Notes: generated by a model not told the origin, from the sequence alone. A stretch of 28,058 nucleotides of DNA from Candidatus Bathyarchaeota archaeon (GCA_963706285.1 CAVPLU010000007.1:1-28058), one strand, 5' to 3'. Numbered from the stretch's first letter, positions 17,305-27,258 are shown. Made by a program: numbers and translations.

Positions 17305-18330
17305 CTACTCGTGAACCATGACCTTGAGAGATGACAGTGCATCATCTGCAGCTCGGAAGGCATTAACAACGTCGCCCAGACCAAAGCGGTGTGTTATCAT
17401 GTTCGTCAATCGAATAACCTTCTTGTCCATCATCTCCAAAGCCCTTTCGATCTCTTTGTCTGTGGTTGAATAACTTGGCATCAGCTTGATCTCGCGTATG
17501 AACACGTTGCTTGCGTCGAACTCAAGCATGCTTCCTTGTGCAGGAATACCGAAGAGGAGAATCTTGCCGCCTTTCCTTACTAGTGAAAACGCAGACTCTA
17601 TTGCCTTCAGGTTTCCTGATGCGACTATTACATTGTCCGCTCCGATATCTCCGGTTGCGTCGAGAACGTGACTGCGCAAGTTTTTGTCGGATGCATTGAG
17701 TGTCTCGTCTGCTCCGAACTTCTTTGCCCATTCTAGTCTGGGCTTGATGATGTCCATAACGATTATGGAGCGGGCACCGGACGCTCGAAGAAGCTGGATG
17801 TACGTTAGTCCTGCGGGTCCAGCTCCGATTATCAGAAAGCTGTCTCCCTCTGCAATACCTAGCCTGTCGAGTCCTCTTATGCAGCATCCTGTCGGTTCCG
17901 CGAAAGCAACTTCTTCGTAACTCATTTCGTGAGGTACTCTGAACACAGCTCCTTTGGTAACGTTCTCTTGGGGAACCCTGAAGTACTCCGCGAACCCGCA
18001 AGGGTCTATATTGCTTCTAGGAAACTCCTCACAGAGGGTCTGGTCGCCGTGAAGACAATAGTAGCAGGTCTGGCAAGGTACGTGATGGTGCACAACTATT
18101 CGATCGCCGCACGAGTAGTTCTCCACGCCCTCTCCCACCTCTTCGATTTCTCCAGCCACCTCGTGTCCTAAAATTGGGGGAGTCACCCTTACCCCACGGA
18201 GTTTCTCTAAGTCTGTTCCACATATACCGCACACTTTCATTTTGACGAGAAGCTCTCCGTGACCGATCCGTGGCCTCTCAACATTACGAAGCCCAAGCTT
18301 TCCCTGAGAATCAACGAAAGTAGCCTTCAA
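17305..18330 (-). CDS. Zn-dependent medium-chain dehydrogenase (L-iditol 2-dehydrogenase-like)
   Basis: CGICGTD, GHEVAG, HHHVPCQTCYYC...C, EPTGC, GAGPAG. Confidence 0.92.
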   Translation of the reverse strand: MKATFVDSQGKLGLRNVERPRIGHGELLVKMKVCGICGTDLEKLRGVRVTPPILGHEVAGEIEEVGEGVENYSCGDRIVVHHHVPCQTCYYCLHGDQTLCEEFPRSNIDPCGFAEYFRVPQENVTKGAVFRVPHEMSYEEVAFAEPTGCCIRGLDRLGIAEGDSFLIIGAGPAGLTYIQLLRASGARSIIVMDIIKPRLEWAKKFGADETLNASDKNLRSHVLDATGDIGADNVIVASGNLKAIESAFSLVRKGGKILLFGIPAQGSMLEFDASNVFIREIKLMPSYSTTDKEIERALEMMDKKVIRLTNMITHRFGLGDVVNAFRAADDALSSLKVMVHE

Positions 18331-18685
18331 GATGCGGTCGAGTCTCTTCTCTGGCTTGTCTTATTGGATAAAGGAACCGCTTTCTCTCACATCTGCGAAC
18401 CATAATGGCAAGCTTGAGGTTAGTTGTGAATACTTTCCTCAGGAACCCCTTCATGCACCGATAGAGAACTAAGTGGATGAAGTAGCACGTAGTCTCTTCA
18501 CAATTTCGTTGAGACGGGTACAGAAGATGTCAAGGGCGAGATTGTACGCATAGGTTGGTGCAGGGGAGATTCGTGCATCAGCCCAACACATGCTTTCCCC
18601 ATATTTGGCGCAATTCTGATCTTTTCCAAGAGGTTCATGGACATCTGGTGCTAGACATCATGGGAGTTGGTGTTATTCATCGCCG

Positions 18686-19162
18686 CTACTCGATGATCAC
18701 TAGTACTTGGCCCATCCCAACCGGCTCGCGTTCTCTAGCGTTGATCTGCTTGATCACGCCCGACTTGTTAGCACGGAGCTCGTTCTGCATCTTCATTGCT
18801 TCAAGAATGAGAACAACTTCGCCGGCTTCGACCCGATCGCCTTCCTTCTTCAACACTCTGACAACCACGCCTGGCATGATAGCTGTAATGTCATCCTCCT
18901 CAGCACGAGTCGAGATCGCGACTCCTTTGCGAGTTCCACTTGGCTTTTGTTCTGCCAGCCCTATGACCTCGAATGGGTGAGTGATACCGTCCACTGTAGC
19001 TGTGCCGCCGCTGAGCTCAACTTTATGGGCATTGCCTTGAACAATGACTGTGTTGTCTTTGATCGCGAAGGAGAATTCTTGTCCATCAACCAGCAGCAGG
19101 TTGTCTCGGCGTTCAATTTCGTACGACACGGTATCTAGTACTAGTCTGAACCTGTCTGCCAT
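18686..19162 (-). CDS. Biotin carboxyl carrier protein (transcarboxylase 1.3S/AccB-like)
   Basis: C-terminal biotinyl domain AIMPG...LEAMKMQNE. Likely start is ATG 19162 (MADRFRL), overlapping the end of the upstream gene. Confidence 0.93.
   Translation of the reverse strand: MADRFRLVLDTVSYEIERRDNLLLVDGQEFSFAIKDNTVIVQGNAHKVELSGGTATVDGITHPFEVIGLAEQKPSGTRKGVAISTRAEEDDITAIMPGVVVRVLKKEGDRVEAGEVVLILEAMKMQNELRANKSGVIKQINAREREPVGMGQVLVIIE
18956..19147 (-). repeat. Four tandem degenerate 16-aa beta-hairpin-like repeats in the BCCP N-terminus
   Basis: RLVLDTVSYEIERRDN / LLLVDGQEFSFAIKDN / TVIVQGNAHKVELSGG / TATVDGITHPFEVIGL. Exact 16-residue period, visible at protein level only. Confidence 0.65.
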
Positions 19163-20679
19163 CGTTGCCACCCGTTCGCTAGGCCGGGCCGGTTGGCCAT
19201 CTTCCATGGTGCAACTTGCCCAACGCGTCGTGTAGTCGCCCCGCTCTCGGTTTCGGAGTTTTGTTCAAGCAATAATGCTGCGACAGCTGCGGCTAGCTCC
19301 CTATCGCCAACTAATCCTCTAGCGCGTCGTTCCAATAACTGACGGCCGGCTTCCGGGAATAGTGCGTAGCAGAGGATGTCTTCTTCGGACTTTGCCAGGT
19401 CACCGACATCTTCTCTCGCCTTTTCCCATCCCGGCGGCAGCATATCGAGCCGGCAAGTGATCGGCTGTTCATCCCCAATCGCCTTGCGTTGAAGCTCAGG
19501 ATTGACCGGCGCCGGGGGCTTCCCATAGTACCCACGGATGTACTCCTTTACTTCTTCAAGGATCATTTTGTAGCGTTCTCCCAACAGCACATTCAGTGTC
19601 GCCTGTGTTCCAACGATCTGGCTGGACGGCGTGACCAACGGCGGAAAGCCCAGATCCTCTCGAACTCGCGGCACCTCTTTCAGCACGTCATAGTAGCGAT
19701 CCATTGCATCCTGTTGACGCAACTGGCTGATCAGATTAGAGAGCATACCGCCGGGCAATTGGAACTGCAACACGTTAACGTCAACACTGTTGGTGCCAGC
19801 CTCGAAGCTGGCATATTTCTTACGTATTTCGCCCACCTCGCGTGCAATCTCAGCCAAGGCAGCAATGTCCAAGCCTGTGTCGCGCTCAGTATCCTTTAGC
19901 GCAACCACAAGCGTCTCAGTAGGTGGTTGAGAGCTGGAAAGCGCCATTGATGAGATGGACGTGTCCACAACATCCACACCGGCCTCCACAGCCTTCAGCA
20001 GTGTCGCTGTTCCCATGCCGCTTGTGCAATGTGTATGCAGCTGCACTGGGAGGCACACCTCTTTCTTCAGTACAGATACCAGTGCATAAGCCGCGTAAGG
20101 CGACAACAACCCGGCCATGTCTTTTATGCAGATAGAATCTGCACCCAGACGGGCCAGTTCATGCCCCATTCTCGCGAAAAGAGGGATGTCGTGTACCGGG
20201 CTGATTGTGTAGCAGATGGATGCCTGCACGTGTCCGCCTTCACGCTTCGCGATCCTCATTGCAAATTGCATGTTACGAATATCATTTAGCGCGTCGAAGA
20301 TCCTAAACACATCTATGCCATTGCGTTTCGCCGCCACGATGAAGTGCTCAACAACGTCATCCGGGTAATGCTTGTAGCCCAACAAATTCTGACCACGCAA
20401 GAGCATCTGAAGGCGGGTGTTAGGCATCTCGCGTCTGAGTACGCGGAGGCGTTCCCACGGGTCTTCACCTAGAAATCGCATCGCGCTATCGAATGTGGCA
20501 CCCCCCCACATTTCTACGGACCAGTAACCGATCTTGTCAAGTTTGGCAGCGATCGGCAGCATGTCGGCAGTGCGCAAACGCGTGGCGAGTAGCGATTGAT
20601 GTGCATCACGCAGGACAGTTTCGCAGATCTTCACAGGATTCTTAGCGATTTCTGACACCCTCGGCTTCTTCACACGCAA
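19141..20679 (-). CDS. Pyruvate/oxaloacetate carboxyltransferase (transcarboxylase 5S / OadA / PycB family) without a biotinyl domain
   Basis: LRDAHQSLLATR, MWGGATFD, QMLLRGQN, IKDMAG, HTH metal ligands, PGGMLSNL, PPLVTPSSQIVG. No AMKM motif. Confidence 0.93.
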   Translation of the reverse strand: MRVKKPRVSEIAKNPVKICETVLRDAHQSLLATRLRTADMLPIAAKLDKIGYWSVEMWGGATFDSAMRFLGEDPWERLRVLRREMPNTRLQMLLRGQNLLGYKHYPDDVVEHFIVAAKRNGIDVFRIFDALNDIRNMQFAMRIAKREGGHVQASICYTISPVHDIPLFARMGHELARLGADSICIKDMAGLLSPYAAYALVSVLKKEVCLPVQLHTHCTSGMGTATLLKAVEAGVDVVDTSISSMALSSSQPPTETLVVALKDTERDTGLDIAALAEIAREVGEIRKKYASFEAGTNSVDVNVLQFQLPGGMLSNLISQLRQQDAMDRYYDVLKEVPRVREDLGFPPLVTPSSQIVGTQATLNVLLGERYKMILEEVKEYIRGYYGKPPAPVNPELQRKAIGDEQPITCRLDMLPPGWEKAREDVGDLAKSEEDILCYALFPEAGRQLLERRARGLVGDRELAAAVAALLLEQNSETESGATTRRVGQVAPWKMANRPGLANGWQRWQTGSD

Positions 20680-20682
20680 GCA

Positions 20683-22233
20683 TCACAATGGAATATTGCC
20701 GTGTTTCTTGGGCGGGTTGCTATCCCTCTTGTTCTGCAGCATGCGAAGGGCCTCGATCAAATGCGGCCGGGTCTCTCGCGGTTCGATCACGTCGTCCAAG
20801 TAGCCGTGTGCAGCAGCAACATATGGATTCGCGAATTTCTCACGATATATCTGTACGAGTTCACTGCGTTTTGCGACCGGGTCGTCGGCTTCAGCGATTT
20901 CTTTGCGGAAAATTATGTTAACTGCGCCATCTGGTCCCATCACTGCGATTTCGGAGCTGGGCCAAGCTACGTTGTAGTCGCCGCGTATGTGCTTGCTGCT
21001 CATGACATCGTACGCGCCGCCGTAGGCTTTCCTCGTGATTATTGTCAGCTTGGCCACAGTAGCCTCGCAATAAGCGTACAGTAGTTTCGCTCCGTGGACG
21101 ATAATGGCGCCATGTTCTTGGTCAACGCCAGGCAGGAAGCCGGGCACATCTACAAACGTTACGATCGGAATGTTGAATGCGTCGCAAAAGCGCACGAAAC
21201 GTGCGCCCTTGATTGACGACTTAATGTCGAGCACGCCGGCCGAGACGGCGGGTTGATTTGCGACTATTCCTATGCTATGTCCACCCAAACGTCCAAAGCC
21301 AACTACGATATTTGGCGCAAAACTCTTGTGAATTTCGAAGAATTCTCCGTTGTCAACGATCATGCGAATGATTTCTTTCATGTCATACGGCTTGCTGGGA
21401 TCATCTGGGACGATCGTGTCGAGTCGCTCATCCATCCGTTGTGGATCGTCGTCGGTCTCGACGTACGGCGGGTCTTCCACGTTGTTCGAGGGCAGGTAGC
21501 TAATCAGTTGGCGAATGAGCGACAAAGCTTCCGTCTCGTTATCTGCCGCCATATGGCATACGCCGCTCTTTGCACTGTGCGCCAGCGCTCCGCCCAGCTC
21601 CTCAAATGTTACTTTCTCACGCGTCACGGTTTCTACCACATCCGGCCCGGTAATGAACATATGGCTTGAGTCTTTTACCATGAAAATGAAATCCGTCAGC
21701 GCAGGGCTGTACACTGCACCACCTGCACACGGGCCCATGATGGCACTGATTTGCGGTATTAGACCAGATGCCAGAGTGTTACGCAAGAAGATCTCTGCGT
21801 AGCCTCCTAAGCTGACCACACCCTCTTGGATTCGCGCCCCTCCAGAATCGTTCAGCCCGACTATCGGCGCGCCATTCTTCATCGCAAGGTCCATCACCTT
21901 GCAAATCTTCTCGGCATGAGCTTCTCCAAGACTGCCTCCGAAGACGGTAAAGTCTTGGCTGAATACGTATACACGCCGTCCATTAATCATGCCCCAGCCC
22001 GTCACCACGCCATCAGACAGCACTTTTTTTTCATCCATTCCAAAGTCCGTGGCACGATGTACGACAAACATGTCCAGTTCGTGAAAAGATGCTTTGTCCA
22101 ACAGTGCCTCGATGCGCTCGCGAGCAGTCATCTTGCCTTTGGAACGCTGCGCCTCTACCCGGTTGGCACCGCCGGCCTCTCGAGCCTGCTTTCTCAGTCG
22201 GTGCAATTGCTCAGTTTTGTGATTAGTCGGCAT
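20683..22233 (-). CDS. Acyl-CoA carboxyltransferase (PccB/MmdA/transcarboxylase 12S family)
   Basis: [58 protein letters not shown] and C-terminal KKHGNIPL. Start is ATG 22233 or GTG 22254. Confidence 0.95.
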   Translation of the reverse strand: MPTNHKTEQLHRLRKQAREAGGANRVEAQRSKGKMTARERIEALLDKASFHELDMFVVHRATDFGMDEKKVLSDGVVTGWGMINGRRVYVFSQDFTVFGGSLGEAHAEKICKVMDLAMKNGAPIVGLNDSGGARIQEGVVSLGGYAEIFLRNTLASGLIPQISAIMGPCAGGAVYSPALTDFIFMVKDSSHMFITGPDVVETVTREKVTFEELGGALAHSAKSGVCHMAADNETEALSLIRQLISYLPSNNVEDPPYVETDDDPQRMDERLDTIVPDDPSKPYDMKEIIRMIVDNGEFFEIHKSFAPNIVVGFGRLGGHSIGIVANQPAVSAGVLDIKSSIKGARFVRFCDAFNIPIVTFVDVPGFLPGVDQEHGAIIVHGAKLLYAYCEATVAKLTIITRKAYGGAYDVMSSKHIRGDYNVAWPSSEIAVMGPDGAVNIIFRKEIAEADDPVAKRSELVQIYREKFANPYVAAAHGYLDDVIEPRETRPHLIEALRMLQNKRDSNPPKKHGNIPL

Positions 22234-22534
22234 GCAGGTCCATATTCCCTGCACTCCTAATAAGAGGTGTTTCGTTGTGACGCTATCATTGAATCAAACC
22301 CACATCTATAGCCGTAGCATACTGGGCGAGAATCAACGCAATGCGATTGTGCAGATTCTATGGTGTCGAGCTTGTCGCGATAGATCATCCAAGCAAGAGG
22401 AACAAATCTACAAGGAGATCTGGCTGAGCGCGAATCGGATAGAAAGCCGTCTTGTGTTAGTTCTCGAAGCCTCTCGCCTATTTCCAATATGGTCCACATT
22501 TCTTCTCAGTGTGACCCTGTCGAAAAAGATACGC

Positions 22535-23338
22535 CTATGTGCGACTTCTGATTTCCCGGACCGAGACGTCCCCTGATAGAAGCCTTCGAATTGTGCCGTC
22601 TTGGGCTTGGATGACTAGAGCACCATCAGAGTCCAAGTCTACAACTTCCGCTCTGTAAGATATCTTCTTTTCCTGGACAATAATCGACATTTTCAACATG
22701 TCGGAAAGTCGTTTCCACTCCGCGATTACGTGTGAGGAATCGCAGGCAAGTATTTTTGCATAAATCGCCGAGAAGTCATTGAGGATCTCTCGCATCAACC
22801 AGTCGACATTCACGTTCGACTTCAACTCATCTAAGATAGATGTTGCTTCACTCGCCAGCTCGACTGTCATCGAGCCAACGGAGTTGTTTACATTAATCCC
22901 AAAACCCATGATCGCATGGCAGTTGCTGCCTTCTGTTGTTGTTTCGGCAAGTACTCCGGCAACCTTTCTTTCATTAATGGTTACATCGTTGGGCCACTTC
23001 AGCATGGCTCGGATACGAAAAAGGCGTCGGATCGTTGTCGCGACAGCAACTCCGGCAGCTAGCGGAAGAATTGAGATGGTTGACATCGTCACCTCTGGCC
23101 GAAGGATAAGAGAGAACCATAATCCCCCTACAGGAGAAAACCATGTTTTGTTTCCTCTTCCTCTTCCGTGCTTCTGCGTAGCTGCGAGGACTACCGTCCC
23201 CTCAGGGGTGCCTTGCTCAGCAAGCTTCTTTGCAACATCATTTGTCGAGCTCACACTATCAAATCGAATGATGATTTCGCCTAGGTGCGGGTCATGTTTG
23301 ACAGAACCATCTCTTCTTGTAGGCGACTGCTGCTTCAT
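22535..23338 (-). CDS. birA: Biotin-[acetyl-CoA-carboxylase] ligase, group I (no N-terminal HTH)
   Basis: SSTND, QKHGRGR, WFSPVGGLWFS, KWPND, KVAGVL, GINVN, DGALV, SGDVS. Confidence 0.95.
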   Translation of the reverse strand: MKQQSPTRRDGSVKHDPHLGEIIIRFDSVSSTNDVAKKLAEQGTPEGTVVLAATQKHGRGRGNKTWFSPVGGLWFSLILRPEVTMSTISILPLAAGVAVATTIRRLFRIRAMLKWPNDVTINERKVAGVLAETTTEGSNCHAIMGFGINVNNSVGSMTVELASEATSILDELKSNVNVDWLMREILNDFSAIYAKILACDSSHVIAEWKRLSDMLKMSIIVQEKKISYRAEVVDLDSDGALVIQAQDGTIRRLLSGDVSVREIRSRT

Positions 23339-23896
23339 TCGCTTTCTCTTTCCGCCAGCTCGACAAGAAGAGACTCTTGGGACGGATTAATACTACCTAC
23401 AGCAGTAGTCTCATCAATATCAGAGACGCGTCTCGCATACCGAATGATGGTGCTGGGACACTGATTGACTTGGTGAATGACTTCTGATCCATAATGATCT
23501 CAAAAGATGCTGGAGTACTGTGGGACATGTAGCATCGCTGGCCGCAGTTACATATTTTGCGGGAGATAAGTTCACGAGAGAATTCAAGAGTATTGTCTGA
23601 AGAACGCTCCCAGACTCATCAAAAATGAAATGCACTCAATTGTCGAAGAACAAGGAGCTCGATTTTGAGGCCACTCTTCATGTCACGACTCATGCGTTGT
23701 TCCCGTCGAGCGAAACCAAGCTGACAAAGCAGCCAAGAGGGTTGACAATTGTCTTGACTGTGATAGGAGCGATGCAAATCTCTCTCAAGTTGCACCCAGA
23801 TGGCGACTCGTCAGGGAGCCCTCACTGAAGGCTCGAAGTACCTTCAATCCTCCAGTGATCTACATCCCTGCTTTTCTTCGAACCGGATTATGTCCT

Positions 23897-25135
23897 CTAT
23901 TCTTTCTTCAAGGCTGTTATCGGGCTCAGTGTTGATGCTCTCCAAGCAGGATAGATGCCCGCCATGACGCTTAGAGCGCAGGCTAGAAGGAATACCTGGA
24001 TAAGATCGGTAGGGCGAAAATAGGGAGTAATTGATATTGCGTTTGCCCCCAAAGGCAAGAGCCCGATCATGGCATATGCTCCAGCAATCCCGGTGGCCAA
24101 TCCCAATAGTGCGCCTAGAAGCCCGATTGCGAATGATTCCGTGAGAAACATGAAGAGAATAGTCCCACCAGTGTAGCCTATTGCTTTTAGTAGCCCAATT
24201 TCGCGTGTTCTCTCCATTACGGATGTGTACAATGTTGTGATTATGCCGACAGCGCCGACGAACATGGAGACTGCGGCGACAGCGGTGAGAAATCCTAGGA
24301 AGGTGCCCATCACTTCATTTATGGTGCTTGCAATCGCTTTGGGTGATGTTATGCCGATATTCTTTCCATAGAATTTTGTGATGTTTGTTTCGACATTATC
24401 GTTAATGTCGGGGCCTTTCGTGATCACGTAGATGACGTCGTAGATGCTATTCTTTTCGAAGAACGTATTGGCCGCTGAGAGAGAAATGAAGACTTCGCTG
24501 TCGATCTGCTGGCTTCCGAGCTCGTTGAGAACTCCCCTCACTAGGAATGCTTTCCTTTTCGTGACTAGCTTCTCAACGCCTCCTTGATTTTCAATCTTTG
24601 AGAACTCAATAAACACTGACTGCCCTATGCTCGCAAACGGCTTGTCAAGATTCGATGGGTGAGCAATACTGTGTCCAAGTACAATTCCGCCGGAGTCGGT
24701 AGATGAGACGAATGCTCCGGATTCAAAGCTAATCTTGGGAGTGACATATACCATCTTGCTTTGATCCATCCCCAGAACTGCCACGGTTCTTGATTCGCTT
24801 CCTGACCTCAACGTTCCCCCACCGGTGAACGATGGGATAACATAATCTACGCCCTGAATTCTTTCGAGGGTGCGTACGGTCTGTGATGTGAGTTTTGTTT
24901 GCATACCGGATTGTGCTTCGGGTCCGAAAGCACTGGCTGAAGGAGTAACTATCAGTGCGTTAGCGCCGAGAGTGCCTAGTTGGTCGCTAATGTAGTTGTT
25001 CATCCCTCCGCCCAGTCCGTTGATGGAGGTCATCAGTGCCACGCCTATGATCACCATTAGCACTGTGAGGCCTGTTCTCAGTCGTCGCTCTTTCAAAGCT
25101 CCAAACGAAAGCCCAACCAAATCCAGTACAGTCAT
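23897..25135 (-). CDS. ABC transporter permease, MacB/FtsX (SalY) family
   Basis: RRLRTGLTVLMVIIGVA TM1, large extracytoplasmic domain, SVMERTREIGLLKAIG, YPAWRAS..PI.AL. Start is ATG 25135 with GAGGA SD. Confidence 0.93.
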   Translation of the reverse strand: MTVLDLVGLSFGALKERRLRTGLTVLMVIIGVALMTSINGLGGGMNNYISDQLGTLGANALIVTPSASAFGPEAQSGMQTKLTSQTVRTLERIQGVDYVIPSFTGGGTLRSGSESRTVAVLGMDQSKMVYVTPKISFESGAFVSSTDSGGIVLGHSIAHPSNLDKPFASIGQSVFIEFSKIENQGGVEKLVTKRKAFLVRGVLNELGSQQIDSEVFISLSAANTFFEKNSIYDVIYVITKGPDINDNVETNITKFYGKNIGITSPKAIASTINEVMGTFLGFLTAVAAVSMFVGAVGIITTLYTSVMERTREIGLLKAIGYTGGTILFMFLTESFAIGLLGALLGLATGIAGAYAMIGLLPLGANAISITPYFRPTDLIQVFLLACALSVMAGIYPAWRASTLSPITALKKE

Positions 25136-25140
25136 CGTCT

Positions 25141-25875
25141 TTAGTTCCTCGTCTCTGTAGCTATGTTTTCGTGGCCCCACAAGCCGGTTCGTTCTTTCTC
25201 TATGACTCCATCTCGCAGATGGATGATTCTGCCGGTTCCCTCAGCCAACTCCAGGTTGTGCGTAACGATGACAATGGTCGCGCTTCTCTCATGATTCACG
25301 CGAAGCAAGAGATTCTCTATCTCTTGTCCCGTTTTGGAATCGAGATTGCCGGTGGGTTCATCTGCAAGAATGAATGCCGGGTCATTCATGAGTGCACGTG
25401 CTATCGCGACACGTTGTTGTTCCCCACCGCTGAGTGCATGTGGTTTGCGATTCAATTTATCGCCCAAACCTACAAGATCCAACAGCTCGTGAACCCTCTT
25501 ATTCCTCAGCTTCTTCGGCATGCCCGCTACTATGGCAGGCAACTCGACGTTCTTCGCCACCTTCGACCTTTCGATAAGGTTGTAGGATTGGAAGACAAAG
25601 CCAATCTTCTTGTTGCGAAACTTGGAAAGGGCTCTCTCTCCCAGCCGGGTTATGTCCGCTCCATCAACCAGTATTTTTCCACTTGTAGGGATATCGAGAG
25701 CACCTAGCATGTTTAGCAGGGTAGATTTGCCGCTGCCGGAAGGTCCAACGATTGAAACCATCTCCCCGTGCTTAATCCTCAAGCTTACTCCGTTTAGCGC
25801 ATGTACTGTAACGAGACCCATTCTGTAGGTCTTCTTAAGATCGTATGTTTCGATAGCAAATCCTTCGCCTGCCAT
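25141..25875 (-). CDS. ABC transporter ATP-binding protein, LolD/MacB family
   Basis: [44 protein letters not shown]. Start is likely ATG 25875 (MAGEG). Confidence 0.95.
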   Translation of the reverse strand: MAGEGFAIETYDLKKTYRMGLVTVHALNGVSLRIKHGEMVSIVGPSGSGKSTLLNMLGALDIPTSGKILVDGADITRLGERALSKFRNKKIGFVFQSYNLIERSKVAKNVELPAIVAGMPKKLRNKRVHELLDLVGLGDKLNRKPHALSGGEQQRVAIARALMNDPAFILADEPTGNLDSKTGQEIENLLLRVNHERSATIVIVTHNLELAEGTGRIIHLRDGVIEKERTGLWGHENIATETRN

Positions 25876-25970
25876 GCAGATCCTCTTTGCTTCGGACGGG
25901 CCGCAAGATTTAGGTGTTTTCAGACCGAAAAGGAACCCCATGGAACTCGTTGAGTAGGTTGATCCCAGAG

Positions 25971-26934
25971 ATGTCGCGTTCGATCGGGTGGTTCAAGAAA
26001 CCAGATCTGCATGTTCTCGCGTTACTGGTGTTTGTTTGCATTATTGCGATTTCGCCTGCAGCTACTCGCAGCTATGCACAAACATCATCAAATCTGTCCA
26101 TCACATCCTCAACGAATCTGCTTGTGGCCTCTCAGAACTGTACCGTACTGCTGGAAATCGAGAACGTTGGTAACTTCCTTAAGGAGCTTGATGTTGCACT
26201 TGCACTTCCTTCCCCGCTGGTGTTATTTGGCGACAATCATTGGAGCAGATCTACGTTCGCTCACGGCGATATGATACGCGCAAACCTCACGATCTTCGCA
26301 CCGGCTTTCGCCGCCGGAACAACCATTCAAGGCAGCATAGTAGCCGTGTACAAAGTCATAGGTGAAAGTAACCCGTCAACTGAGACGCACACAATTTCGT
26401 TTCTGATCCGAGGCTGGGTTGACCTCAAAGTCTACGAAGTGAGCGTTAGTCCGGACCCTGCCCTACCCGGGAGTTGAGTTGACAATCTCGGGCAATATCT
26501 TGAATCGTGGTGTGATTCCTGCCATGTATGCGAACGTTACGATTGCTGCAGATCCACCTCTAGTGGAGAATTCCATCAAACCCACTTATGTTGGGGAAGT
26601 TGATTCCAATGCCCCGGCTCCGTTCAGTGTAACTGCACTAGTCGATCCTAACACAACTGCAGGCACTTATCGAGCGACGATTCTTCTATACTACCGAGAC
26701 GATCTTCAACTAGACCATACTATCATGACTGCAATCAGTTACACCGTTGTCGCGAAGCTACCTCAGACTGAGACAACTAAGACCAGTATCGTCGAGCAGG
26801 CACTCTCGAACCCTATCCAGTTGCTATCGAATCTACTGTCAAACCAAGTGGTACTGGTTGGACTGGGAGGACTCGTTCTTGCGATCATTGGCATATACCT
26901 TCGGAGAAGAAGACAACACACGGCAGAAACCTAA
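25971..26934 (+). pseudogene. COG1361-like S-layer/Ig-fold membrane-anchored protein, split by a +1 frameshift at about 26475 (possible sequencing error)
   Basis: Signal peptide (LALLVFVCIIAISPAATRSYAQ), Ig-like segments (IENVG; ISGNILNRG; YVGEVDSNAPAPFS), Thr-rich linker, C-terminal TM helix + RRRR. Removing one T at 26475 joins PALPGS-E-LTISGNILN. Confidence 0.75.
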
Positions 26935-27258
26935 TCGGTTGTCAGATTCCGAGTGCAACGAAGTGGCGATTTTGGCTTACATCCTCGCGTGAACTCATTC
27001 AGCGGGGTAGCCTCCGCCCACTAGATTCCTAGTTACTGGACCTTGCATCCTAACCGGAATCTCACCCCATTGTGCTCGTTGGTTCCTCTGGGAAGATCCG
27101 TTCAATTGAGCTTCTCTTCTCCGCGTATTTGATGAATATGCCCAATGACACTCATTCCAGGCGCTCGTTCGTGGAGCCCAAGGCTTTGTGAATATTGCAG
27201 TTGTAAGCTGGAAGACGTATGCCTTCCCGACGGCAATATGCCTTTGCTGATGGTGAAA

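Noticed and set aside
18331-18685. 355-bp gap and the overlapping plus-strand ORF 18555-18980
   Set aside because: The ORF is mostly antisense to the BCCP gene; no RNA gene or repeat structure was recognised.
19141-22233. Interpretation as Na+-translocating oxaloacetate/methylmalonyl-CoA decarboxylase or as pyruvate carboxylase
   Set aside because: No membrane beta/gamma subunit and no biotin carboxylase in the cluster. This cannot be fully excluded without the rest of the genome.
22255-22534. 280-bp gap between birA and the carboxyltransferase gene: possible biotin operator or small ORFs
   Set aside because: No bioO-like palindrome is visible, this BirA lacks an HTH, and the ORFs there have no recognisable features.
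23339-23896. About 560-bp intergenic region with short ORFs and a GAGACGCGTCTC palindrome (23423-23434)
   Set aside because: The ORFs are short with no convincing motifs or SD, and no tRNA, IS end or repeat array is visible. A single palindrome is compatible with chance.
1179-23899. Genome-wide TAG-to-pyrrolysine recoding, suggested by many TAG stops and an MttB homolog
   Set aside because: TAG stops fall at family-typical C-termini (SDR, EcfT, FGGY, MDRs, BCCP, BirA, permease), and the MttB homolog has no amber codon.
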